Of a DNA stretch of 64,000 bases, positions 1-11,849 are shown in pieces. Origin of the DNA: Anthoceros angustus. Lineage: Eukaryota; Plantae; Anthocerotophyta. Within the stretch, counting starts at the first letter, position 1, and each line of letters starts with the position of its first letter. The notes below the pieces were generated by a model, which saw only the letters and a program-made list of their open reading frames with translations, was not told where the DNA came from and ran no database searches. The stretch is from the NCBI GenBank assembly GCA_010909165.1, contig VJWM01000258.1:126603-190602 (forward strand), read 5' to 3'. Both the position numbers and the translations under genes were made by a program.

Positions 1-376
1 ATCACGCACATGTCCTCATCTTCATAATCGAGCCTACATGGTTGGGTATCCAATAGATCTTTATGTCCTTACTTATAATAAACTCTAAATAATAAAACAC
101 TTAAAAAGCTTTTTATATCTAGAAGAATACTCCCACTTTGTGAAGATATTAATTATGATAAAACTTAGGGATATAAAAAATTCGGAGTTAAAAAATAAAG
201 ACTCCAGAGTCATTTTGGTACATCTTTATATAAAAACTCAGGTGCTCCGCATAAGCATTCACCATCACCTGTAATTAACTTTTGACAATGGCCTCGACCC
301 GCTGAGGCGAGCTTCTTTCAACCTCCGGTTTCCGTGTCACTCTCTCCCGACTTGAAAATACGCGGCATTGCATTCC
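1..376. repeat. Dispersed direct repeat, copy 1 (copy 2 at 3054-3456); likely TE terminus
   Basis: atcacgcacatgtcctcatcttcat...aaatacgcggcattgcatt at 1-376 aligns by eye with 3054-3456 at roughly 85-90% identity. The repeat is truncated by the window start. Confidence 0.9.
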
Positions 377-510
377 CCTTGCGGCATAATCCCTGTAAGC
401 ATGTCCACTGTCGTCGGCAAACATTGATTGTTATCGGCCTGATTTGCTTGACCTGTGCAATTCTCCCGGCCACCATATTTCTGCCTCTCTAGCCCTATGT
501 CCGGTTCTAG

Positions 511-2744
511 AAGCGAGTATGGAAAACATGTCTCCAAGGTTATTGAAGAGTATTCCATAATTGAATATGCCGCGGAAGGTTAGTACACTTAGGGCTCTAG
601 AATTGTTGAATCCTATATGAATGCCCTACATTAAGGTTTACGTAGGGTTTAGGGTGACCTATGCTGAGTGGGTAACTAGGTGCGGGGTGTAGTCTATAGT
701 GCGGTGCACGGTATATGGAGCGCGGTGCGGTCTGCGGTGGGGCATGTCCTAGGGGTTCAGGGCTTGCTTTGGGCCTCTATGGCTCTGTCGCGCTAAGCAT
801 GGGGTGTTGGGGTTGATATCGCAGTAGGCATGGGGTGAAGAAAGTCGCAATGAGGACATGATTTTGGGTTTTTGGTGCGGTGGCTGTGGTGGGTGGTGTG
901 GAGGAGGTCGCGGTTATTTTATTTTTGTTGATTTTTTGAGGTTATGGTTTCTATTGTCGGTAAGCGTAAAACAGTTAAATATGTAGACAACAGGGTATCG
1001 ATATTGGAGACTAGATAGATTAAGTAGTATTGAGGATAAATATGAAGATAACATGGTATCTATGAGAGAGACTAGAGTACATAATATTGAGGTGGAGAAT
1101 ATTTCCTTAAAGGAAAAATTTGAGTCTCTTTTGGCTAAGCACCAATCTTTGACGTGGACTCAGAGAGGACGAGGGGGATGAGGAGGGTTAGGAGGACGAG
1201 GAGGATGAGGTCAATTCCATAATAGATTATCTTATAAATAAGAGATTTGATAGTCAAGATGCTATCCTTAGAAAATTGCAACAGGATCTTAATTCGGCAA
1301 GCTCATTGGCTAAAGATTTTGAGGCGTCTTTCCAGGTCAATTTTGATTCATTGCTTTTGCAAGTAAATGCCTTGCAAATTCCTATTCCTTGTGTGGGTTG
1401 CTTGTCGAAGGCAGAATTTGTACCTAGTTTGGAAGGCTATAAGAAGGTTATTCTTGAGTTTATATATGTCTAGAGGGAAGAAATGCATAGTTATATGACC
1501 AAAAAGTTATAGGGTTTAGACGATCAAGTTGAAAGATTCTCTCGAAAAGGTTGGTGGAGCAAGGGTTACAAAATGAAGTTTTTTCACGGACCATGGAGAA
1601 GAATTTATGGTCCATAAATTCGGAAAATCATTTCACTTCAATGGAACAAGTTTTACCTACATATTTGGGTTACTGAAAAAAACCTCATGGGGGTTAATGA
1701 TCCCCCTACTCCTTCTTGTCATGGTGGCAACACAGTATTAGAAGTTGTTTCTAAAACGGCGGACCGTGCTTTGAACTTAAGAATTTCTGGTCTTGGTAAT
1801 GACATTGTTGCACCACTTATGGCTGCAAAGGAGTTTCTCAATAGGCTAGAGGTCGTTGTGGTCGTTCCTTGAGCCTTCTAGCTTGGAAAGGATCCTAGAA
1901 GAGAGCGCATATTGATTATGACTTTTCACTCTATGGATGATCGTCTTCTGGTTGTGAAGGCTAGGTCTATGTTACGGACGATCATGTCAAGGCATACTCC
2001 ACACAACTTCATCAACAACAGCCCTCACCTCCATCTTCCAATCAGCCTGCATCATAGCCTCCGCTCGGCTGGGGCCACCATGATCGATACATCGATTCTA
2101 GGGCGTCACAACACATGACCCTCTCCTAGCTGCATTCATGCATATCACCCAACAAATCCACCTCGATCGTCAGTCTAGGTGGCGACTCAAAACACACTAT
2201 ACAAGGACACGAGATCGGTCAACTCCAAAACAAGAATCCACCTTTTGTTTTGGTGACCGCCGTTTCATCATAAAAACCCCACAAGGAACACCTGCCGGTG
2301 GTGGGGGCGATTTCGACTCTAATTTAGGACTTCAAACAAACTTGCCCAACCGGCTGAAGATTGTTATTTGCCCAACCGCTGAAGATTGTTATTTGCCCAA
2401 TGAAGATAGTTATTATTTGCCCAACCGCTGAAGATTGTTATTTGCCCAATGAAGATTGTTATTTGCCCAACCGGGCTGAAAGATTGATTGCCTTTGCACC
2501 AGCAGATTTTCTCATATGGTCTATTATGTTTGCTTCCTCCTAGCTGCCACTATCTGAAAAAATATTGTGCTCATCCTACTTACCCACTCAGCATAGGTCA
2601 CCCTAAACCCTACATAAACCTTAATGTAGGGCATTCATATAGGATTCAACAATTCTAGAGCCCTAAGTGTACTAACCTTCCGCGGCATATTCAATTGTGG
2701 AATACTCTTCAGTTACCTTGGAGACATGTTTTCCATACTCGCTT
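511..2744. mobile_element. Element bounded by ~165 bp inverted repeats (511-675 / 2580-2744) with a decayed internal ORF
   Basis: aagcgagtatggaaaacatg...atgctgagtgggtaa (511-675) is the reverse complement of ttacccactcagcat...atactcgctt (2580-2744) with few mismatches. The interior has a stop-riddled, coiled-coil-like frame at ~1000-1473. Confidence 0.6.
2341..2480. repeat. Minisatellite, ~25 bp unit (gaagattgttatttgcccaaccgct), ~5-6 copies
   Basis: Directly visible tandem array, with some copies shortened by a few bases. Confidence 0.9.
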
Positions 2745-3053
2745 GTGCAATAGAATTCGAGCATGGAAAACATTTCTCCAAGTTTATTGAATATGAGTTC
2801 TTCGATGCGTTCAATTAGTTGTGCTGATTCCTTCACACATTCTTGGCAAAACCTTTTATGTCTCAAAGCTTAATGTGTCCTCCCGGTCATTATTCTCCAT
2901 GCTATTGTCTTGTTGTTATTGGCCATAATGCTTACTCTACATGGTCCGGCTAGCCTTTTCTTTGCTTGAATCTGGTGTTGCCACGTTTGAGCATGCTAAG
3001 TACACTTATAACGGATATATACTTTAAACATATAGTATAGATCCTCTTTGAGC

Positions 3054-3456
3054 ATCATGCACATGTCCTCATCTTCATGACTGAGCCTACATGGTTGGGT
3101 ATTCGGTAGATCTTTATGTCCTTCCTTATATTAAACTCTAAATAATAAAACAATTAAAAAGATTTTTATATATAGAAGTATAGTCACACTTTGTGAAGAT
3201 ATTTATTATGATAAAAATTTAGGATATAAAAAATTCAGAGTTAAAAAATAAAGACTCCTGAGTCATTTTGGTACATCTTTATATATGAACTCCGGTGCTC
3301 CGCATAAGCGTTCACCGCCACCTGTAATTAACTTTTGACAGCGGGCCTCGACCCGTTGAGGCAGAGCTTCTCTTTCGAACCTCCGGTTTCGGCATCCGGG
3401 TCACTCTCTCTCTCCCTCCGATCTCTCCCGACTTGAAAATACGCGGCATTGCATTT
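3054..3456. repeat. Dispersed direct repeat, copy 2 of 1-376
   Basis: Same sequence as 1-376 with scattered substitutions and a short (CT)-rich insertion near 3390-3425. Confidence 0.9.
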
Positions 3457-4154
3457 CCTTTCCGGTGGAGCTCGACGCATGGGAGGCGCTTACTGACGCT
3501 GTTTAGGGCCTGTCGCTGCTTTCTTTCCTTCCAGGTTTGTGGCTGCTGTGATTTGTCTTGCCTCCCTCTTGCCAGAATAGGTCTCGGAAGGTGCATGGTA
3601 CACTGATCACGGGCACAGCGTCTGCCATGCAGGCTGAGAGCGCGAGCAGGTGATTGTTTGTTTACTGCCAGGCAAGTCTGAGATCGTTTCTGGATGGGGA
3701 TGAACCCGCCAGCTTGCAACCACGGTGGCGGAGTTTACAGATTTGGTAATGCTTCACAGAGCGCCGGAGGTGTGCGAAAGTGCATGGTAGCGTAGGCGCA
3801 GGGTCACTGAAATCTTGGCTGTGTGTCGAGAGGTCTTTTGGAAGTAGCGTTGACGGGGAGCAAGAAAATTGGCGGACAGCTAGAGGCATTGTCGAACTGG
3901 CAGTGTTGCTGGGAAGTGCATTTGCCGTTAGGGATGTGTGGGCGGATGACTTGATTTTGAAGATTGCGTGGGAGGTGGCGGTGCTGGAAGGCTGCTGGGG
4001 AGTTCTGTGCGCTTGGGTACCGAGGGGTTGGGGTTGGGGTTGGGGTTCGGGGTTCGGGTGGGGTGGGGGCTGGGGAGGGTGCTGAGGTCTCACCACGCTG
4101 GATAAGGGGTGGGCGCTTTGTGCGCTTGGACGAGTGGCATCGCCATCTCGGGAG

Positions 4155-7100
4155 ATGGCGGGATTTGAATTAAGTCCGCAGCTGGCGGATCTCGACGGCC
4201 AGCTGACGGACCACTTCCGATTTCTCACGTACGAATCTGCTCTGACCTGAATTTAGTGTGCATGCAGCCACTTTTGGCCACGTAGCCTCTTGAATCTTGT
4301 GTTTTGCTGGATATTGTACTAGAATGCAGTTGATTACGGGGCTGTTCAGCTTAAGTCTCAGCTACATGTTTCTCTCTCAAACCTTGATGAGGAATTTCTG
4401 ATACAAGTTTGCATCATTGATGTGTCAGCGCTTGCCTTCATAGAATGGACTGCATCAGTTTTTTTTGGGTCCGTATTTTTGTGGTTCCCTAGGGTTTACC
4501 CCTTTTCTGTGACATTTGCCAGGACTGGTTTCCAAAAATTGGATAAGATCAAAGATGAGAAGCGACAGAGTAAGCAGCTCGAGGAGCTCACAGCCAAAAT
4601 GCGTGAATGCAAAAGGTATGCTTTTTTGACATCTGGCAGGTCGGATTCCTCGAATTTCGTCCTGGGATGGCCTCTGTACTCGCAGGCTTGAGAGCTTGGG
4701 CTGCCTACTTTCCCGCTAAAGTGCTACTGGTGCTGGATTGTTGTACTCAGGCTCATTAAGGAATTTGATAGAGAGATCAAGGAAGAGGACTCTAAAAATA
4801 CTCCTGAGATGAACAAGCAGCTTAATGAGAAGAAGCAGTCACTTGTGAGTACTGCAGATGGTGTTGCACTTCTTTTATGTCAAGTCTGCTTTGAACGGTC
4901 TCTTCCCTTGTCCCTGCTTTTCTGTAGCATGCATCTATGGTGATCTTTTAATCATACGCTCTTGGTTGCTTGTACAGATCAAAGAGCTCAACTCATTTGT
5001 TGCCCTGAGGAAAACGTACTCTTCTCCCTTATGCCCTGTCTTTTGTTGCCACTGGTCTTATTAATTCAGAATCTTTGGCGGCCCTATCTGAGTCTAGCAG
5101 TGGTCACCCCATCTATGGTGAACTATCTGCCGCGTAGGGCCTAGATGAAAGCTGGCTAGAAGATGATGGTTAGTGATACCTGACTTTCCACCATATATGT
5201 TAGCGACATTCGGTTAGTGTGACTGTAGTCTTGGACGGCCCTATCTGAGTCTAGCAGTGGTCCCCTTATCCATGGTGGATTATCTGTCGCATGGGGCCTA
5301 GATCAAGGCCTGCCTAGAAGATGATGGTTTGTTTTACCTGACTTTCCTCCATATATGTTAGCAACATTTGGTTCCTGTGACTGTAGTGTTGGACGGCCCT
5401 CTCTGAGTCTAGCAGTGGTCTCCCTATTCACCGTGTATCATTTGCCGCATGGGGCCTGTATCAAGGCCTGCCTAGAGGAAGATTGTTAGTTTTATCTGAC
5501 TTTCCACCATATATGTTAGCAACATTTGGCTCCTGTGATGGTAAGCTTAGACGGCCCTATCTGAGTCTAGCAGTGTTCCCCTTATCTATGGTGGATTTTC
5601 TGCCGCATAGGGCCTATATCAAGGCCTGTTAGAAGATGATGGTTAGTGTTACCTGACTTTCCACCATATACATTGGCTACACATGGTCCATCTGAGTCCA
5701 CAGGGGTCCCCTTTTTCTTGTGAACAATCTAGTATTGTTATTGGTACCTGACTTCTCACCAGATACATTGGCTAAACATAGGTTTTGCAAGACTAGTGAG
5801 GCCGTGTATGTGTCTAGCAGAGTCTCCTTATGCATGGTTGATTGCTTCCCGCCTGTAAGGTTTGGAAAACTCTGTTGTCAATTCTTGTCAATTCTTGTCA
5901 ATTCTTCTTGTAGCCTAAACTAATTTAGGGCTTTGGTCACTGAGTGGTGTGAGTCATTCCTGACTGTAATATACCAGCTATACTTTACTCTCCATTGTAC
6001 TACGTGGGTGCCGTGCCCGTGGTATGGAGGCTACGAGGGACTGACATGTACTGTTGGCCTTGTCAAAGCTTATGTTCCCGATGACCATGGGATGATGAGA
6101 TTATATGCCAGAGATTCTCATGGTCTTATCGGGCTTGGTTGCAGGTATACAAGTACACTGGGAAACAAGAAGGACCAGTTGTTGGAGGGGGGAACGAGTG
6201 GTGAACCTTTGGCTGATCCAAATGTTCGAATGGCTTCGAGTAAGTTGGTCTGCTCCTCCTCTTGGTTGTTTGTGGCGTATCTAGGACTTATCTTTGACAC
6301 AGTTTGCACGAGGATCATGGTAAGGTGGCTCGCTCATAGATCCTGTTGAATTTGTAGCAATGTCAAATCAGGAATTGATTGATGGTGGGAGAAAGCAGAT
6401 GGATGAGACTGACCAAGCAATTGACCGGGCTAAGAAAGTGAGCAAGTTGTAAGCTGTCGCAAATTCAGTGCATGGTTGGCGCATGTGGGAGAAGCTCATC
6501 TGAGTCTTTGGGCTTCTCATTTTTTCAGGTTGTTGAGGATACTATCAATGTGGGTGCACAGACGGCAGCGACACTCAAGTCTCAGGTATTTATGGCTTAC
6601 CAGGCATCTGATGCTGAGTTTACTTCCAAAGACCTGGTCCATCTTGATTGCCGATCTACTTGGTTGTGTGGATAGTGAAGTTCTTGCACAGAATTTTAGC
6701 CCCCTCTAATTCACTGTCCGTCTTGACAGACGGAGCAAATGGGAAGGATTGTGAATGAGCTTGATACCATTTCCTTCTCCATAAAGAAGGCCTCACAGCT
6801 TGTGAAGGAGATCGGTAGGCAGGTATATATGCTTTCATAGCTCGGGTCCAGTGCACAAAATCCTCACAGTTGCGAGAATGAGGCAAACAAGGGGAAACGT
6901 GTTGTGGTGCATGGAGAAATGGCTATAGATTATGGCGGTTGTGCTAATTCTGTTGCAACTGTGGTTACCTTTGAGCAGCTGGCTACCGACAAGTGTATTA
7001 TGCTGTTTCTTTTGCTGATCGTTGCTGGAGTAATCGCCATCATTGTTGTCAAGGTACCCGCGTGCTGTTTGTTGAAGGTTTCTGTGTATTGCATTAGCCT

Positions 7101-7268
7101 TGTTTGTATCGGGGTGTGACCTCATTGTTCGGTATTGCTGATGTGGTGGTTTGGTTGCGATGTCAGATTGTAAATCCCAATAACAAAAACATTCGGTCAC
7201 TTCCGGGTTTGACTCCCCCTGCCAGCAATTCCCGCAAATTATTGTCGGCCTTGCTTGATCTGGAGTGA
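4155..7268 (+). CDS. NPSN: Novel plant SNARE (NPSN family Qb-SNARE), ~10 exons
   Basis: Spliced exons read MAGFELSPQLADLDGQLTDHFRFL / TGFQKLDKIKDEKRQSKQLEELTAKMRECK / RLIKEFDREIK / IKELNSFVALRK / ...MSNQELIDGGRKQMDETDQAIDRAKK / TEQMGRIVNELDTISFSIKKASQLVKEIGRQ / LATDKCIMLFLLLIVAGVIAIIVVK / IVNPNNKNIR..LDLE*. These match Arabidopsis NPSN11-13, and the introns are GT-AG. Confidence 0.95.
5075..5790. repeat. Intronic tandem array, ~158 bp unit, ~4.5 copies, inside NPSN
   Basis: The anchor (g)gacggccctatctgagtctagcagtgg recurs at ~5075, 5233, 5391 and 5549, with a degenerate copy near 5690. Confidence 0.9.
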
Positions 7269-8681
7269 GCTATGTAGCAGGAGCCAGCGCCTGGTTTGCT
7301 ATTGGTTTCCAGAAGTGTCCCCTGGCATGGTTTAGAGGCGTGGGTGCTGACACCAGTTGGCCAAGGAATAAGATGGTGTGCCGCCCTTCCTTCGGCACTT
7401 CTTCGCCAATTGCAGGAAGAGTAGCATATATGGATTGCATCTGTTGCGGTGGCAAGTGTCGTTGCCCTAGGGTGTACGAGCAGGTGGTGAGTGAGTGATT
7501 TTGGTCTGACCACTCAAGTTGCAGCGCGCTACAAGATGAGTGGAAGCCTCCCAGCCCTCGCCACCGGCTCTGCATGAAGCGGACGAAGATGAATCCACAT
7601 TGGTTGTTGTGTTACAATATTTGAGGATCCTGAAGTATCGCTCCTTGCCTTGGGGCTAGAGCGCTGTTGTTAGGGAGGAAGACTAATCCTTGAGGGATTC
7701 AATTCTTATTGCCAATGAAGGCTAGCCACAATCGCCAGATATGGGTCTCGTGTTTTGAGAGGCCGTGGTGTCGGTGCTGGCTTTTGATTTGAAGTGGCAT
7801 ATCATGCGGCAGCGGCAGCAGTAGGAGCAGCAGCAGGAGCAAGGCTGGCCTCTGCCGGATCATTTTATCCGGGCCGGGCCGGGGCCCGACAGCTCGTGTT
7901 AACTTTACTCCTTGCGGTTTGCGCGGCGGGAGTCGCCTGGCGTGTTTCCCTGTTTCCTGGCACGCATTATAGGAAGGTGTGATAGGTTACGTAATGCACT
8001 CTATTTTTGTGATGATGAATCTCTTGATCAGTGAAATAAGGATCTGGTGAGCAGCCTGTGTTTAAGGCTGACAGCCTCGGAAGGTCGGCCCTCCGCAGAA
8101 GGAGGAAGACGCACATTCTGGAAGGTATGACTTTGACAACCAGGAGAGGGGGTGGTGGCAATTTCTCAAACGCGGCGAGCAAGAGCATTTATGATCCTTT
8201 GCGATAATGCTGCGCTGCCTGCGCAGCATGTTGGGCTGCGCGCCCCAAGTTGCGGTGATTAAACCAGTCGGCTTTGTCGCATCCCAGAGGCGGCTGACAG
8301 AGGGTGCCTCGTAGGACCAGGCTGCCGCGCTGCCGCTGTTTCATTGCGGCGTGAAGCTTCAACGGTTTGCCTCCCCATTTTCCGATGCGGGAAACGGGGA
8401 GCGGCATTATGGGAAGAAATGAATTCGGCGGCGGTGACGAAGCCTCGCGAGTCCCTCCCCTCTTAATGCCCCCACTGCCGCCGCGGCCCGGTTCAGGCTT
8501 CCCTCCATTTTCTTTGCTTACCTTGGGAAGGCCCCCGCGTGCTCCTGCCATTCTTCACAATTTCTCCCTTCCACCTTCACCTTCCCCTTCCACGGGCCCG
8601 AGTATCTGCCCCCCAGCCCCCTTCCCATGTTGCAGGCCGACGCAAGCGGCTGGTGGCTGCTGCAGGCCCTGGCCGATCGCC

Positions 8682-9620
8682 ATGCCGGCGCCGCTGCCTC
8701 TGCCTCTGCCTCTGCGTCTGCCTCTCCGTCTCCGTCTCCCTGCTGCTGCTGCTACCGCTGCCGCTGCCGCCCACGCCCAGCACCGGCGGGAGATGGACGT
8801 GCCCACCTGCCTGGAGATCGGCACTGGGAGGTACCTGATTCTGGAGCTCTGCGCGGGGTGGGCGGAGTCGAGGGAGCTGGCTGGAGTCGCCCGGCCTGGC
8901 AGCTCCAGGTTCAGTCCGAGTCCGAGTCCAAGTCCCAGCCTGAGCCCGAGCCCGAGCCCGAGCCCGAGCCCCAGCCCCAGCCCGAGCACCAGCACCAGCC
9001 CCAGCCCCAGCACCAGCACCAGCACCGACGAGGCGCCCAGCGAGCGGTGGAAGGCGCTGTCCCTGTTCCTGTACCCTGGGTACCATGTCACGGGCGTGGG
9101 CCGCAGGTGCGCGGAGATCCAAGTGAACCACGACTGGGTGCTGCCGTTCGACGCCGCCAGCGTCGGGTGCGAGCTCAAGATCCCGCACCAGGGCCTCACG
9201 CCGCAGCTGCGCTGGAAGCGCGACAAGAGCAACGAGCCCGGGGCGGCGCACGACCTCTTCCACTCGCTCTTCGACTGCCATCCGCACATCAGCACCCAAC
9301 AGGCGGAGCGCTACTGGAACACCCGCCGGGGCAGCATCTCGCTTGCCCGCGTGCGCTCGCCGCTGCGCCAGCACATCAAGGCCAGGCAGGAGAGGTGGCA
9401 TCTCAGCGGGGAGACCAGCGGCTCGCTCGGCCCCGGCCTCGCCTGGGCCCTGCTGCTCGACTTCCGGGGGCATCCGGAGGGCACCGATTTCTGCACGCCG
9501 CTCGTCTGCAATCTCCTCGCAAGGCTGCGTCAGGGCGCCAAGCCGTCTCCAGATGCCCGCCGCCTGCTCACGTTCTACGTGCAGAGCTGCTTGCACAAGA
9601 GCCTCTCCATCCACGCTTAG
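8682..9620 (+). CDS. Intronless GC-rich ORF of unknown function with low-complexity (PL)n, poly-A and (SP)n tracts
   Basis: The open frame runs 8367-9620, with in-frame ATGs at 8682 and 8793. The C-terminal ~190 aa (ERWKALSLFLYPGYHV...LHKSLSIHA) look globular and have GC3-rich codons. No family recognised. Confidence 0.55.
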   Translation: MPAPLPLPLPLRLPLRLRLPAAAATAAAAAHAQHRREMDVPTCLEIGTGRYLILELCAGWAESRELAGVARPGSSRFSPSPSPSPSLSPSPSPSPSPSPSPSTSTSPSPSTSTSTDEAPSERWKALSLFLYPGYHVTGVGRRCAEIQVNHDWVLPFDAASVGCELKIPHQGLTPQLRWKRDKSNEPGAAHDLFHSLFDCHPHISTQQAERYWNTRRGSISLARVRSPLRQHIKARQERWHLSGETSGSLGPGLAWALLLDFRGHPEGTDFCTPLVCNLLARLRQGAKPSPDARRLLTFYVQSCLHKSLSIHA

Positions 9621-10594
9621 TTAGACTGAGTGCTGCATTGCTGTAACACTTCTGAATTCTCTGTTGCTACCGTTGCCGGTGGATGGAGGCCGACTGCGAC
9701 ACATCCCCGCACAGCGAGAGCGAGAGGCTGTATGGATCCATGTCTGGAATCTGCTGCTATGCCAATTCCCCTCTTCCGTGTTTGTTTGGCACATCATTTA
9801 TACACTGGACGTGAAATTTGATGTCTCGCCTTTTCCTTGCCATAGCCAATTCAGTCGAAGAACTGCTGTCCATAGCAAGGCGATGCATTCTGTCCATCCC
9901 TGCTTACATCGCAGATGACAGAATCTCCGTCTTCAACCTATTTTGTATTTTGTATGTAGCGGCTCACATAAGGTGCGGCTGCTTTGCGATTTCCCCGCAG
10001 CAGTATACACTGCATGTTCCGTGCATGTCTGCACGCCTGCTGTGCGAATTCGCGACAAGCGATTGTCCCCTGTTTCTAAGTTTGAAGGCTGAACAATGTT
10101 GTGAAGGTGAAATGTGATATGATCGCGAAGTGCAAGTTCCATCCAAAATTCCTGGGTTTCTGGATCGTCTCATTATGCCGGTCAAGTTCCATCAAAAAAA
10201 AAGTTCAGGATTCCCGGATTCAGTGGTTCTGCAGGCCAAGTTCCATCCAAAAAGTTCTGGATTTCCGGCTTGAGTGACTTCTGGATTTCCGGATTCAGTG
10301 ATTTCTGAATATCCGGATAGTGTGATTACCTGGCCTGCTTGCCAACAGCAACCACAGGGAGCATGGTGACGCATTCTGTCAATCCCTGCTCACAGGCCAC
10401 GTATCATAACATGATATGACACTTCTTGCTCAGCCTATAGCTCATATTATTCTTGGTCCAGTGATGCTACTCCTGTTCTAAAAATTCTGCCTGTCAGTGA
10501 GCTCTCGTGTGGCAAAACTGCAGCTACTAGGGCGGCGGGAGCTGAAGTTACGCAATCTCAGCCGGCATCCCCGAGTTGAACCTGCTCTCAATCA

Positions 10595-11849
10595 TCACAG
10601 GCGTGACTTTCTCTGACCAGCAACGAACTGAGGTTCCCGCTCCTCCACAGGCAGCTCCAGCTCCTTCTCCATGGGAAGGAAGAAGGCGTTCACAGTGTCC
10701 TCGCTCACGTCCTCCAGTCTGGCGGGCTCCCATTTGGGAGCATTGTCCTTGTCCACCAAGATGGCCCTGCAGCCCTCGTAGAAGTCATATGACAGCTTCC
10801 CCTCCATAAACCGGGAGCTGAGCCGGAACTCCTTGGCCAGGCACTGATGCAGCGACTGCTGCCTCCCTTCCCGGATGGACCTCAGCGTGACCTTCAGGCT
10901 AGTAGGGGAGGCCTTCCGGAGCTTCCCGATGGTGGACTGCAACCACTCGTCCCCGCTACGCGCCTGGGCCTCCCCTTCCAAGGCAGCCAGAATCTCCTCC
11001 ACGCTCCCCCTCGAGAAGCACCGGTCGATGGCCTCCCGCCGCACCACCTGCCACGGGCTCTGCTGCCCGACGAACACTGCATCGCAGAACTCATTGATGG
11101 CCGTACTCACCACCTCCGCGTCCGCCTCTCCAGCCCCCCCAACCTCTCCTCCAGCCACGGCAGCCGCTGCGACGGCACGAAGTGCGTGGCCAGGCCGCAG
11201 TGCAGCAGATCCGCCCCGTCCAGCCGGTCCCCCGTCAGCCCTAAGTACTCCGCGAAATGCCCCGGGAGCCTTGTGAGGAAGTAGCTCGCCCCCACGTCCG
11301 GGTGCAGCCCCAGCGCCGTCTCCGGCATGGCGAACACCGTCCGCTCCGTCGCCACCCTAAACCTCCCCAGCATTGACAGCCCGTTGCCCCCCCCCATCAC
11401 GATCCCGTTCAGCAGCGCCACATGCGCCTTCCGCAGCGTCCCGATCAGGTAATTCAGCGCGTACTCGTCCCGGAAGAACTGCACCCCTTCTCCGGCTCCC
11501 CGCCTTCCCCAGTGATAGCACGCCCCACGTCCCCCGGCGCAGAAGGCCCGCCCAACCCCTTCATCACCACCACCCGCACCCGCTCATCCTGCTCCCACCT
11601 CTCGTAGAACTCCCGCAGCCGCACCGCCATGCTCAGGTTCAGCGCGTTCAGCTTCCCCGGCCGGTTCAGCTCCACCGTCCTCGCCGTGCCATTCTCCGAA
11701 ACCACAACCTCCGCCTCCTCCGACTGCGAATGCGAATGCGCCTGCGCCGCCATGGCCGCCGACCTCGACGGTGAAGCTCCTCCCTCGCTCAAGCTCTCGC
11801 TCCCCCGCAACAGCGCCCGCGCCAGCGTCCTGCCTCCTGCCCAGCGCAT
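10595..11849 (-). CDS. HIBCH: 3-hydroxyisobutyryl-CoA hydrolase (enoyl-CoA hydratase/crotonase family), intronless, with apparent frameshifts
   Basis: Three abutting frames: ...RTVELNRPGKLNALNLSM.. / FFRDEYALNYLIGT..LNGIVMGGGNGLS..ATERTVFAMPETALGLHPDVGASYFL / ..KASPTSLKVTLRSIREGR..DFYEGCRAILVDKDNAPKWEP. The frame switches lie in G/C runs (~11530-11560, ~11480, ~11150). Confidence 0.92.

Noticed and set aside
2341-2480. Regular 22-33 bp repeats (here, 35740-35985, 46278-46379) as CRISPR arrays
   Set aside because: The units are contiguous with no unique spacers, the context is eukaryotic and there are no cas genes. These are minisatellites.
8555-9646. Long alternative and antisense ORFs (246-345 aa) overlapping the orphan ORF; likewise 54226-55302 and 62924-63902
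   Set aside because: They are explained by high GC and hexamer microsatellites lacking stop codons, and the translations are low-complexity.
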